A DNA stretch of 63,932 bases, the filler included, from Dimargaris cristalligena (lineage: Eukaryota): the NCBI GenBank assembly GCA_003614675.1. It is 2 parts of 2 records of this genome, joined end to end, with 100 filler letters (N's around TTAATTAATTAA, not from the genome) between each part and the next. Parts side by side here need not be neighbours in the genome. Positions count along the whole stretch, not along the records: positions 1 to 31,918 come from ML002432.1; 1 more part is not named here. The stretch is one strand, 5' to 3'. The notes beneath the pieces were generated by a model. That model did not search any database, was not told where the DNA came from, and saw only the letters and a list, made by a program, of their open reading frames with translations. This document shows, in pieces, positions 1-11,524 of the stretch (the first letter of the stretch is position 1; each line of letters starts with the position of its first letter). Position numbers and translations under genes: made by a program.

Positions 1-239
1 GAAATTCGAATGAGATCTCAGATCTGAGATGCGAATTTCGAAATGTTCACAGAATCAGCGGAATGTTCAATAGATCGTCGGGGTGTCCACGTAATCGTCG
101 TTCTGGTGGACGGGTCGGACAGTCGGGGCGTCGTTCCGGGCAGTCTTGCGGGTGCCCGAAGGGTCGAAATCGATGGATGGATAGTCGTGAACGGTTCGAA
201 AACGAGTAGCCAAAAATTTGGGTACATAAAAATGAAGCG

Positions 240-312
240 GGGGGTCTAGCTCAAATGGGAGAGCGCTCGCTTAGCATGCGAGAGGCACGGGGATCGATAC
301 CCTGGTCCTCCA
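240..312 (+). tRNA. tRNA-Ala (anticodon AGC), intronless, 73 nt
   Basis: Cloverleaf folded by hand: acceptor GGGGGTC/GTCCTCC with the G3:U70 alanine identity pair; D arm GCTC/GAGC; anticodon arm CTCGC-TTAGCAT-GCGAG; T arm CGGGG-ATCGATA-CCCTG; discriminator A. Confidence 0.96.
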
Positions 313-324
313 ACTATCTTTCTA

Positions 325-340
325 TTTTTTGTCTTTTTTT
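325..340 (+). terminator. RNA polymerase III oligo-T terminator of the tRNA gene
   Basis: Two T runs of at least 6 nt beginning 13 nt downstream of the tRNA 3' end. Confidence 0.75.
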
Positions 341-1579
341 TAATTCATTGAGCCCCTCGGTTCTTTTTACCGGTCATTGGTGTACCCTTACTCCAGTGCT
401 CATCTTCGCCCCCAAAGGGTAGGGCTTATTTACTCTTCTCTATAATTCCCCTTTGAATAGCAGTTGGGAAGCCCTGAATTTCATTTTTGACTACTCTAAC
501 ACCATGCTAATATTGTTATTTGTTTTTTTTTGTGGTTTTTCATGATATATGATATTAACGAGCGCCGGTCCTCACTGTCCAATCTACCTGTTTGTTTGAA
601 GGTGGGGCTTGTCTGGAGGTATATAATCACCTCTTGCATTCGCCAGTCGCATTGAGTGGGGGATCGATGAGTCCTTTGACCCCCCAGTGTAACAGACACC
701 AGCCGGTAAGCTGCGAGTGGTCTCCGGTTTACACCACCCATTAAAGGAAACCAGAGAATATAAAGAGAAATATAGATGGCATACCATGTTCTTTAAGTTT
801 CAATAATATGGCTAAATAATTATACTTTTTTAAAAAAAATAATAAAAGTCAATAGGAATAGTGATACAATCGGGTTTTTTTGAAATTACCTCTCAACTAA
901 AATACGCAATGGTAAATTCCATTGTAATACGATAGAGGGTCTGTCCATATATGGAGAAATCCGGGGAAGAACGATGTAATAAGCCATGGTGATATTACCA
1001 CCAAATCAATTACTGGCTAGCATTACTTACGCTTGTTTTAGTAAAATACGAACCCAATACCATAGAAAGTGGTGGTGTCGCTGCAATCACTTTATTATTT
1101 CAATCAAAAGCACGGGTTATGTGTGACCTACCCCTGGAGTTCATTAACAATTTATGCTAATACTGACTCTATTGGCGATATGCCTATAAGGACTAGCAAA
1201 TTAAAAGGGCCCGGGATCCCTAATATATATATATATATATAATCTAAAAGACAATAAAAAATGACTGTCTGATAAATGTATGACGATGTATTCCAGTAGC
1301 GGACATATACTGTATTAACAGACTGTACGACAAGAATATTCAGAGCCCTTACATTAATGTCCTCCCCCCCCCCCAAAAAAAAAAAATTCACCCAAATACG
1401 CACATGGGTACCAATTCAGACACGGCTTGTTTAATCTTTACTTCGCACATCAACTACGCTTTATTTCACAGCTGGTATAGTTAAGACTTCGTAAATAGGG
1501 GGTTTAAATCAGAATTATGCCAAATAATATATACATATGAGTAGCCCCATTCAGCCAACCTAAGGTAGTGTAGGATGAC

Positions 1580-3299
1580 CTATGGCACTCGGCACAGCTT
1601 AATATTATAATGGTGTACTATCCGGTGCTGATCCCAATTAGGATGGGCCTCCGCTAGGTTGGCCATGACTATTTGGTACTGCCCATTCCGGGCCAGCATT
1701 TCGGGGGTCAACCTTACGTGGTGTAGAACATCAGGTATCGTAGTATTATGGGTCGATCGCTGATACTGGTGGGCCATGATTTCGGGGTCGTAGACCAGGA
1801 GATTCACCCGGCCCCTCGGGGTGTACTCGTACCCGATGATGGTCCGACTATGGCCCTGGTGCTGCAGGTAAAGGGGCAGTCGGTCGGTTAAGACGACGGG
1901 CGGGTCCGCTGAAGCGTTGCGTGTCTGCTGCTGTCGGGCGGCCGCCACCCGACCGTAATTGGCTTCGAGGAGGGCCCGGATGGAAGCCCCCGACTGGGGT
2001 AAACGGGGCAATAGACCCAAATAATATTGAACGACAAAATCAGTGAGTAAGGGGTGGGTTTGGCCCTGGCCGGAAGCACCGATAAAATCTATCATATGGC
2101 AGCTGTCGAGTGATATATAATCAATAGTAGGCGTTTAGAGTGGCCATGTTAAAAAAACAATACGGGATATCGATTAGTAATTGTTCTAGGTGAACTGCTC
2201 TAATTTCAATTGTAGAAATATATATAATTAAGGGGATGGAGCAGGACATTCCAAAAAGAATATTGTCAAAAACACGCTTACTCGACATTAAGGGACTGGA
2301 GAAGACAATACACTTCCGTAGCGCCTATCCACTTGGTGGTGTGTACCACCTGGTGCTGGAGTTGCTGTGCCCCAACTGGATCATAGCCTACCCCACAGTA
2401 ATTTGTCATTTTTTTAAATACATATATATATATAAAACATAATTGGAAATTAGTCCTAGCAAAACAGGTCACTGTCCAGTACTAATTATTTGGATATCGG
2501 ACCTCAGTAACCAATTGCCCAAGACACTGCCAATGGCTGATATGTTGAACTCGGTAGTTAAATCATAACCGAAAGGGGATGGTAGGGTGTCCCATCGGTG
2601 GCTCATTCTCCCCTTACCTACCTAGTTTCCATGCGGCTTCCAAATACTTCTGGATATCGACCACGGGGGGAACTTGGTGATGAAGCCGGGTAGCGAGTTC
2701 AGGTAGCTGGTGAATCAGACTAGATAGCAGAGTTTGGAAGTTTCGATAACCGCAGCTCCAGGATGCATCAGCCCGTAATGAGCTATGGAAAGTTACCCGA
2801 GGCGTACAAAGGCGGACCCGATTGCTTATACCGACGCTAGAATCGGAAGTCATCTCCGCCGTAGCTATACATAGGGCGTCGTAGATGGTATCATGCACAG
2901 CTAAGGGAAACATAATATATATATATAAACAGCAAAATAGGTCGCGTTAACTAGGAGTTTTAAATGATCAAATGCTACCGATGACCGACACATTACCGAT
3001 ACTAATTAAGTGCCTTTTAAAGGCTGGAATACCGATCCAACTTTATCAAGAATCGGTCTAATAGCGTATGAATAGATAGATAGGTGCGTACATAAACATG
3101 GGGTCGACTTACAATTAGGCGCCGACTGGCATGGAATATTAGTATGAGTTATTTGCTCCTCTTGGGCTATTTCTGCTGCTGGAGTTTTCCCGAAATGGGC
3201 ATTCACATGGGTGGTTCGCCAGTCGGGGGAATGCCCCGAGGTAAACGCCATACCACACATGGGACAACCCATGGAGGACGTTGGTGAAGGGCGGGGCAT
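1580..3299 (-). CDS. ZUP1/ZUFSP/Mug105-like deubiquitinase (peptidase C78) with one N-terminal C2H2 zinc finger; exons 3299-3113, 2900-2622, 2387-2282, 2102-1580
   Basis: Catalytic motifs DASWSCGYRNFQTLLS (Cys), LEAAWKLGYDPVGAQQL, KWIGATEV, YLQHQGHSRTIIG (His) and LLVYDP (Asp). Zinc finger CPMC-x-HVNAHF. All three GT-AG introns keep phase. Ends at TAG after ...CRVP. Confidence 0.9.
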
Positions 3300-4185
3300 A
3301 CTGGGTTCGTACAGGGCGAGAGCGAGGGAGGGGGTAGGACCGGGAAATGGCAGAATGGAACACAGAAACCCAAGTATGTATATTGAAAGAAATAAGAAAA
3401 AGGGGAAGTGGCTTAATGTGGGAAGGGAATGCGAAGTTCGGTGGGAGGAATAGGCAAGCGAATGGACGATTTAGATGAACGAGGGAGGGTCTGTTGTCTG
3501 CTTATGTTCCCAGGCCACGAGTATGGAACCGCGATGGCCTGAACAAATATCTAATTTGGAAACGAAGACTAAAGCCATCAGTGTGGCCTTCATGAGTCCT
3601 TTGTAAGGGTGGTTTATAAAGGCCAACCACCACTATTTTATTATGGATGTATATATATATATATATATAGTACAAGGATTCTATTTATTATACCCACCGC
3701 TAGTTTTCCGAAAAATCCGAAACAAAAATCCTTTAAAAATCAAACGGTCAAGGAATCCGCTCACTCCTTCAATACTCAAAATCGCCGAATAAACCCCAAG
3801 TGGTACAATCGGAGTAGAAATATATCAAAAGCGACCCAAATTGGGGTATAATGGACAATATGGGTCAATTTAAGGCTGATAATGCTCTCAGGAATATATA
3901 TATATATATATATATAAGAGTGATATGGAAAATGGGGACACTAAGCTATAGACTGACTAAAAGGCTCTATAAAAGTGGGATGGTCGGAGAATAAAGGGAA
4001 TCGGCTGACTCTCTTAACTAAAAAGCCTCTAGGTCTTTGTTCCATAAATTAAGGGATGCCACTAAAGGTAGTAATGTGGTGAGGGTGTTTATTCCGCCCT
4101 ACCTACCCACACCCACGCATCCATGCATATTAGGGAAACCAAAAATGAATGGCACAGCTTACCCACCTCCGCAAACAAACTACGC

Positions 4186-7100
4186 TCATCTACCTATTGT
4201 ATTAGGGGAGAACGAAGAAGACACCATAGAAGTCGGTAATGCTGACGCCTGGGCTGTCGTCGTCGTTGGTACCTCGGAGTGGAGTAATTCGTTCAAAAAC
4301 GCCGAATGATGGTGGAGGTCGTGACTATACAGCGGGTGGTGGTGTTGATGTTGGTGATCGACATCCCCTTCTCCGGCGACGGATGACAAATCCACGTCCA
4401 TAGGGGATGACGTAACCACTTCATCGGTCGTGGTCCTGCTAGTCTGGGCCAGGGCGGAATGGTGGTGGTGGTGGTCATTGCCCCCCGCAGCTTTTGCCAC
4501 CATGGCTTCCGCTAATGATTCGATATTCGCCTGTAATAAATCAATGGCCTGGGTGATCTGTTCGGCGTTCTGGGCTGTGGCGGTCAAATCCGCGCTGGCG
4601 TGTGCTAATGAACCAAAGGCCGTCCCTGTTGTCGTTGTCGCCGTTGTCATGGGGGACACTGCTGCAGCTGCTGCCGCCGCTGATAGCAACGCCTGCCGAT
4701 TATTATCTCCAGTGTTGGGCGGTCCCGTCGACGTGGATACCATATGCGAATCGGAGTCAAAAATAGGGGAAGATACCGCCATCGCTGTCGATGGATTGGT
4801 GAAGTTGGTGGTGGGTCCGGTGGAGGTGGTGGAGGTGGGCGTGGTATGGGCGGCAACATTGGTTCCTGCGAATAGGGAGCTGAGGGTCATTAGGTCAGTA
4901 GGGGATAAAGGCAACCCCGACATTGATATGGGTGACGATAAAGTGGAAAGTAGGTGAGGGTGGGAATGGGAAGGGCACGAGGCCGCCGAAAGGGCAGGAT
5001 CCAGAATAGAACTAGAGTCGAAGGAAGCAGTGGGAACGGCCGGTGAGGATGTCGAAGTGGACAATGAAGTAAAGGGATTAGGAGCGGTTGCAGTTGTGGT
5101 GGAGGTGTTGTGGTTGTGGTTGGTAGGATTCATTCCCGTAGCCATAGCCAACGCCGCCAGATAATTATTAGGATCGTCCAAGGCCGACGTTCCTTGCAAG
5201 ATGGCGTGGTAGAGTTGGGCATTGAAATCTAAAGGGTGGCCGGTCGGTAGAAACGGGTCGACGGTACCCTCCGGGAGATGGGTAAAAGGGGAGGTGGCCG
5301 ATGACGCGGTGGTGTCAAACAGCTGAGCCGCCGCCGTATTGGGTGGCGCTGGGGGCAATACAAGTGGCGACGGCATCGGCAGAGTGGGAGTCAAGAGCGA
5401 AGTATTAGCAATTGATTCAATCAAAGGGGATAAGTCGTTCGATACCCCCCCGGTGGATATCGGGGCGGGGGGTACAGAAGTGGAAGGAAAGGTAAGCCGA
5501 TGACCAGCGTTGTGAAGTTGCTGATGGGGTTGTTTGGACGATCCAACGTGCAATCCATTGCCGCTACCGAATAAGCTGGCCGCGAAAGGGAAAGCCGCAG
5601 TGGGTAGAGTCCAGGGAGGGGCCAAGGAGGAATTAGAGGATACCAAAGTCGATGGTGATGGTGCTGATCCTGGTCCTGCTGTTGAAGCGGATGACGAAGC
5701 CGAGGGAGGGGGGTTTATCAACCCGTAGGTATCGCCACTACCACTCGCGATCAACTCGGAGATATACCGAGCCAAGGACTCATTCGCGCTGGGATCTAGG
5801 AACGGGGCGGACGGTAGTGGATTACTGCTATTATTATTAATCTCGAAAGAGGAGCTAAAGTCGGGCCCGGTAGTTCGAAGTGATTTGCGTGGTTTGTCAT
5901 AGTCTATACTGGAAGACTCCTCGGAAGAACCGGGCGGCGAAGCATAAATATCCATATGATTATCAGTCGCGCCGTTAGGGAATACTGACGACGCCGAAGG
6001 CGAGGTAGATGTGGATGGGGATGGGGATATGGGTATGGGTGATGTAGCTGAATGGCCGGGAATCAACCCCGGTGGCTGCTGCTGTTGTTGTTGTTGTTGT
6101 TGCTGGTTTCGCCGTAGCAACGATTTACGCAAGGTCGGCGAAGCAGGACCGGCCGTCGCCCCGTTGGCGGTATGGGGGGCATCTTCGATCATGAGCTGTC
6201 GTTTCCGGGGGGTTAATTGGGTCGCCCGTTTCTGGTTACTGAACAACGAGGCCAGGAACCGCAGCACTTTTTCAATGATATCCTGGTGCTGTTTATGCCT
6301 ACTCTCGGCGGCCACCGCCTCCTGCCATAGGAGATTATTGCTCTCTTGGAGCGTTTTAAGGTCCGATGTGATGGTCAGTTGATGTTTGCGGATGGCCGCG
6401 ATTTCCCGGAGTAGTTTATGCAAATCCGGGGCTTCGGAATCCGGGGCACCAAAACGCGACGGACTGGGGGTACTAGCATGGCCGTTACCAACGATGCGTT
6501 GGTTATTGTGGTGGGGGTGGCTGCTGCCGTTGTTGTTACTGCCACAGCTACTGTTACCGATATTGTTACTGCTGCTGGGACTACCAATATTTGTAGTAAC
6601 CCCACTTCCACTTCCACTGCCGCCCGAGTCCCGGTTGGCGGGTTTACGGGTTACCAAATGAAGCGCTTCCGGGTCATCCCGCCGAAAGTGCGGATTATGA
6701 AACTCCCAACGGCCGGTTTCGGCGTCCATGTGCAAACTACCCTGTTGAATGTGGGGAATCTTGTGGAACCCGTACATATTGAGCTGGCGCACGAAACTGG
6801 AAAAATTGCTATGTTTGAAAAATAAGGGTAGGACGTCCCGGGCAAATTCTTCGGGCCGATTGACGTAGAAGGATTCCCCATTGGTAGACCATTGGATAAG
6901 TTCGTCGCTCGCGGGATCATTGACCATACTGAACAGTTTGTTAAGGAAGGCGGGGAGTTGCACCGGTCGGCTTCCAGTTCCTCCTGCCCCACTACTACCG
7001 TTGGCGGATGGGCTGGTGGGCTGGGAACCGGATACGGATTTGGAAGCTCGCCGAGCGCTACCTCCTCCTCCTCCTCCTCCTCCTCCTCCCCCACCTGCAC

Positions 7101-7437
7101 CTGTACCATTAGTTTGGGCCATGGTTCGGGGAGGACTAACGGAAGAGGAATGAGGCAGCAGGGACACGACGCCGGTATGTTTAGGTGTGGGGGCGGGGGC
7201 GAGAGTCGGGAGAGAGGTGGCCGTCCGGTCCGACAGGGGCGTGGGGAAGGTATCCTTTTTGGCGGTGGTTGTAGGGACGGGGGGGTTTGAAGGGGTAGCA
7301 GGTTTGATAGGCACTGGGGTATGGGACATGGACAAAAACGGAGAAGCGGAGACGGCTGGGGACTGACTAGCGGCTAGCGTTCGCATAGGCGGGGTGGTCC
7401 GGGGTTTGATTGCGACCGATCGAGGAGGCTGACTCAT
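4186..7437 (-). CDS. HSF1: Heat shock transcription factor (about 1083 aa from ATG at 7437)
   Basis: HSF DNA-binding domain PAFLNKLFSMVND...FKHSNFSSFVRQLNMYGFHK...WEFHNPHFRRD, HR-A/B coiled coil (...NNLLWQEAV...KVLRFLASLF), KRQLMIED motif and a C-terminal heptad. The ORF-track start at 7581 is TTG; first ATG is at 7437. Confidence 0.93.
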   Translation of the reverse strand: MSQPPRSVAIKPRTTPPMRTLAASQSPAVSASPFLSMSHTPVPIKPATPSNPPVPTTTAKKDTFPTPLSDRTATSLPTLAPAPTPKHTGVVSLLPHSSSVSPPRTMAQTNGTGAGGGGGGGGGGGGSARRASKSVSGSQPTSPSANGSSGAGGTGSRPVQLPAFLNKLFSMVNDPASDELIQWSTNGESFYVNRPEEFARDVLPLFFKHSNFSSFVRQLNMYGFHKIPHIQQGSLHMDAETGRWEFHNPHFRRDDPEALHLVTRKPANRDSGGSGSGSGVTTNIGSPSSSNNIGNSSCGSNNNGSSHPHHNNQRIVGNGHASTPSPSRFGAPDSEAPDLHKLLREIAAIRKHQLTITSDLKTLQESNNLLWQEAVAAESRHKQHQDIIEKVLRFLASLFSNQKRATQLTPRKRQLMIEDAPHTANGATAGPASPTLRKSLLRRNQQQQQQQQQQPPGLIPGHSATSPIPISPSPSTSTSPSASSVFPNGATDNHMDIYASPPGSSEESSSIDYDKPRKSLRTTGPDFSSSFEINNNSSNPLPSAPFLDPSANESLARYISELIASGSGDTYGLINPPPSASSSASTAGPGSAPSPSTLVSSNSSLAPPWTLPTAAFPFAASLFGSGNGLHVGSSKQPHQQLHNAGHRLTFPSTSVPPAPISTGGVSNDLSPLIESIANTSLLTPTLPMPSPLVLPPAPPNTAAAQLFDTTASSATSPFTHLPEGTVDPFLPTGHPLDFNAQLYHAILQGTSALDDPNNYLAALAMATGMNPTNHNHNTSTTTATAPNPFTSLSTSTSSPAVPTASFDSSSILDPALSAASCPSHSHPHLLSTLSSPISMSGLPLSPTDLMTLSSLFAGTNVAAHTTPTSTTSTGPTTNFTNPSTAMAVSSPIFDSDSHMVSTSTGPPNTGDNNRQALLSAAAAAAAVSPMTTATTTTGTAFGSLAHASADLTATAQNAEQITQAIDLLQANIESLAEAMVAKAAGGNDHHHHHSALAQTSRTTTDEVVTSSPMDVDLSSVAGEGDVDHQHQHHHPLYSHDLHHHSAFLNELLHSEVPTTTTAQASALPTSMVSSSFSPNTIGR

Positions 7438-10400
7438 AATGGTTAACGGCGGATGCGTGTATATATGCGTGTCCCCCCGGGTAAGATAAATAAGTATTCT
7501 GATAAAGTGGGTATAAAAGGGTAGGTTCGTTCCCTGTGCCGGACTAAATCGGGATAGCGATGGGTGATAGAGGAAACCCAATAAAATCAGGAGGCTAGTG
7601 GGCCAGGCTTTGAATGGGGAGTGTGTGTATACGTGAATTGTTAGGGGTGCCCGGGTGAGTCAATAGATAATAACAAGGAAGCTGAAGGATAGACAAGAGC
7701 TGCGGTGAGGTATAACAACTATATTGGAATGGAGGAGAAAGGCTGTTTAGAGGGCCAAGGAGCAGCGTAAGGGAAATCGACTCAACCCGTAGGGATATAT
7801 CTGCTGTAGTTGTAGTACAATGTGACTCGGGGAAAGGCTCAGAGAAGGAGGAAATGGTCAAGTAGACCAAAGATAGGTAAAGAGAGAAATATTATTATTG
7901 GAGGAGGAAGAGTAGGAGGGGAGAAAAGTCCAAATGGAGCGCGACTGCCGCGGGTAAAAAGGAGGCAGTGGGTAGCAAACGGGGAGTATAGCGCATACAT
8001 ACAGCCGGAAAAGGGAAAGGTCTTAAATAATAGCGGGCAAATAGCCTTTTCCCGTTTTATCTGCAGCAGCGAGTGGGGTCCCCCCTCTCTATAAAAGAAG
8101 GCCGATTCCCCGCCTTAGCGAAGGGGGGGGAACCTATCCTCTCTCCTCACCACACTCCCGCCGAACACCATTAGCGTCCTTCCCCCTTCTACTTCCTCTT
8201 AAACACCCACTCACCTCCTTTCGCCAGTATAAACGACCCTTTTTTCAAGGCTAGAATGACGAACCCCCTAGCTCTGCTAGCGTATAGGAAATACAGCTAA
8301 TCGCGCCCATTCACAGTTATACCCGCTTAGGTGTGCGCCCGACACACACCCAAACTACATACACATATACCCGTTGGAACTCCTCACCATAATCTGAACA
8401 TTGGGCCTGTTTATACATGATGCATTAATTAAGTGATAGATTGCTGCATGACTAGTTGCCAAACAACACCCCTCTTTGGCCATGCTTCCCCGTTTCTGGC
8501 CCTCAACGTGGAAAACGGTACACGCCCCATCGTCGCCTAAAAAATGACATAAATGTCGACCAACCCCCTAATAGCAGTATAGTAGTGCAACACGATATTC
8601 TTGATATATATATATATGTGACCTCATTTGTTCCTGTATACTCGCATCGGGTATATAGAGAGACCAAGGGTCTAGAGTGAACTTAGTCGACCAAACAACT
8701 GCATGCCCTGAACATCTATCCCATGGTTGGTATATCCATATCTTCATACATTTGCAGGAGAAACAGCCCTGCTTCAGCGACTATTCTGGAACATCCTGTT
8801 CGCGGTGCGAAGATCACATGGGACACTCCACATGAATTGCCTATTCCAGAAGGCTGTTGTGTGTATAGGGGGGGGGGATCAGTTGGCTTCCGAATAAGCC
8901 CTTCCACATCAAACAAACCGTCATCGGCCGCCGGACAATGAACCCGATTCGCACAGTGAGAGAATTAAGCGGAATTATCGCAACGGCCCAAATGATTAGT
9001 TGATACGTAAAAGAGCACACCCATCACCCCTTCCAACCCCATAATGCCCAAGAATAATTTAGCTGGATATTAACTAACACGGCCAGTCGGATACACCCCG
9101 GGCAATTAGATATACCATCTATTATCCCGAGATTATCCTGCTTCAACCAACCAGTGGATAAGCTGGCTCGAAGATGAGATATCGAAAATCCCCGACCTAA
9201 TCTGAGCCACGATTCGAGCGCATCTGATCGGCCTTGATGATATTGGCCATGCCCCCCTCCCCTCCCCCGTCCGGGGCGGAGGCCTTCACTGGAATTCTAG
9301 TCCCCAAAAAACCAGGCTAAGCAAAAAAAGGAAAGGGAAGGGCAAAGGTGAAATGGCCCCGGCAGCAGCAGAAACGAGGCGTACCTATTCCACACTAAGG
9401 GAGACTGAATAGGTTAGAGATTTCAGGGTAAACAAGGAATGCGGGTCATTACTATATTCAGTCAGGCGGACGGCTGTAGGGTGCATTAAACAAGGGTTAG
9501 GTATGCTGTTCATAACGAAGATCAAGGAAACCAGTTATAGAGGGGATTGGGTATTGGTATGTACGAAAAAGGAAGTTGGTTGGGGGCCGTCAAGCAACGG
9601 TTGGTCATGGCGTTTTAGTGACCGGATTAGAGTAGGCAATTCGCACACTCATGCAGGTTGAGGCGAAGGGCCGGCAAAACCCCGCAGTACGGGGGTAATA
9701 ATTACTATATCCGTAAATTTGACCGACTATGACATGTACCACCAATGCTAGACTGGCTTGGCGCCATGCTAGTGCCTGTAATTGGATAATTAAGTAAATA
9801 TGAGAGATGGAGAAGGGAATGGCTTTATTGGAAATGAAGGAAATAAGTAGCAGGTATGAGGGCCATACCGACAGAAATATTAAATAAAAATGACCTCAGC
9901 ATACTGGTGCAAATAGGTGTGGAATCAGTAGTGGTAGTGGGGGGGACATGGCGTAGTGGCAACAATCATAATACAGGGGTTGAAATGGGCTAGAAAACAC
10001 AAATTGCAAGGAAAACCGTTCAATGCGAATGAGTGGTAGTGATTATATATAAAAAAAAACAGCAGAGGCATGCGGCATGTAAGGGAAAAAAAGAAGGGGA
10101 AGAAAACAGAGCAAATAGAGAGAGAGTAGGGAGTGTTGTTGGGATAGCCAATGGTTATGGTTAAAGCGAAATATAGACTAGGCGATTGGATAAAGGCCAG
10201 CAAGAGAGGTGCGTGTTGAAAAGTCATTGAAGCGATTTCCTGTTGTAAAAAGCAATCATTTAGTGGGATACATTTCTCCTGTGAAAGAGAGAGAGAGAGA
10301 GAGGCTTAAGAATTAGAGTAGGTGCGACTAAGTAGACGACAGGCGAGTAAAATAGTACCAATAATATTATCAAATTAGCTATTTTAAGAAGTTAGCGTGC

Positions 10401-10465
10401 GGGCGGGAATAAAGATAATAACATAAGTGTATTATTAGATATCAATATAACCTAAAATAAGACAA

Positions 10466-11524
10466 TCACATATCATGGACAGAATACCAAATAGCACATC
10501 CAATGACCGCTCCCAGAATAATGAGCGATAACCCGGCCATCCACCGATTATACCGTTTCCAAACCAGATCGATTACATCCTCGGACTCCCGGGGCCACAC
10601 GCTGGCCAGCCACCAGAGGGGGAAAAGTAAAAAACCGAATAAAAAACAGAGGGCGCCCTTGGGGATATGGCCGTCGGGCTGAATGTACATGGCCTTGGAG
10701 AACATTGGGAACGACCCGAGCGAAGATAAGCTGGTGGTGGAAGTCATCATGCCAGGTTTTGGTTCAACAGTAACGTGGGTTGAACCCGACGACGGAAATG
10801 GCATGACAAGGTGCGGCCGGGGCGGGGTGGTGCTGCTGTCTTGGGGGGAGTGGGACAACGACGACGACGTGCCATTGTGGTAGTGGGGCTGCACGGGAAT
10901 CCGGGTAGGCACGGTGTACCGAAGCTCATTCCGTTCGTGGTCGTAGTATTGGGAGTCGGGGCCCTGCCGCCGGGGAGCGGGGCTGGCAGTTGACCGGGAC
11001 CGGTCAGTCCGGGAGTGGGACGACTGTTTGCTTTCGGGGGAGGAATCGCCAATACCGGAATGGTCCGAAGGGGGGCTCCGGTGGGAGAAGCGGTGGTCGG
11101 TAATAGTTTGGCTCGAAGGCTCGGTCATGCGGGACTCCCGAAACGCGAGACTGGAGTGGTGGCTTGCAGGGCGGTTCACCGCGGCCAAGTCCCGAAGCGG
11201 GGCGACAGCCTCGTACTGCAGGGACTGGTGGTAATACTGGGCGGCGATTTCATACTCTAGAGTACCTGGCCCGAATTCGTTGAGGGCGTCCGCCCGCTGT
11301 TCTTGGAAGGAATGGTCCGACACATTGGAGATGACTTCCCAGGATTTAGAGGGGGTGGAAGTGGAGTCGTCTGAATCGAGGGACTCGTTGTGGTGCCGGT
11401 AGGGAGAGTTCGTATTGGGCTGGGGATAAGACTGCCGATTAAGATTGCTAGGGGCTTTACTTGAATCGGGCTCGGAGCGGCCCTCTGTCGTTGGATGACT
11501 TTGGGAGGATACGGGTCGGGACAT
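10466..11524 (-). CDS. Uncharacterised protein, Ser/Pro-rich disordered N-terminus with two C-terminal transmembrane helices (352 aa)
   Basis: ATG-initiated single ORF. C-terminus LCFLFGFLLFPLWWLAS...WKRYNRWMAGLSLIILGAVIGCAIW is a two-helix membrane anchor. Flanks are pyrimidine-rich and UTR-like on the coding strand. Confidence 0.8.
   Translation of the reverse strand: MSRPVSSQSHPTTEGRSEPDSSKAPSNLNRQSYPQPNTNSPYRHHNESLDSDDSTSTPSKSWEVISNVSDHSFQEQRADALNEFGPGTLEYEIAAQYYHQSLQYEAVAPLRDLAAVNRPASHHSSLAFRESRMTEPSSQTITDHRFSHRSPPSDHSGIGDSSPESKQSSHSRTDRSRSTASPAPRRQGPDSQYYDHERNELRYTVPTRIPVQPHYHNGTSSSLSHSPQDSSTTPPRPHLVMPFPSSGSTHVTVEPKPGMMTSTTSLSSLGSFPMFSKAMYIQPDGHIPKGALCFLFGFLLFPLWWLASVWPRESEDVIDLVWKRYNRWMAGLSLIILGAVIGCAIWYSVHDM

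Noticed and set aside
496-1403. Short minus-strand ORFs and splice-like signals downstream of the C78 peptidase
   Set aside because: I could not assemble a consistent, recognisable reading frame; probably UTR or intergenic.
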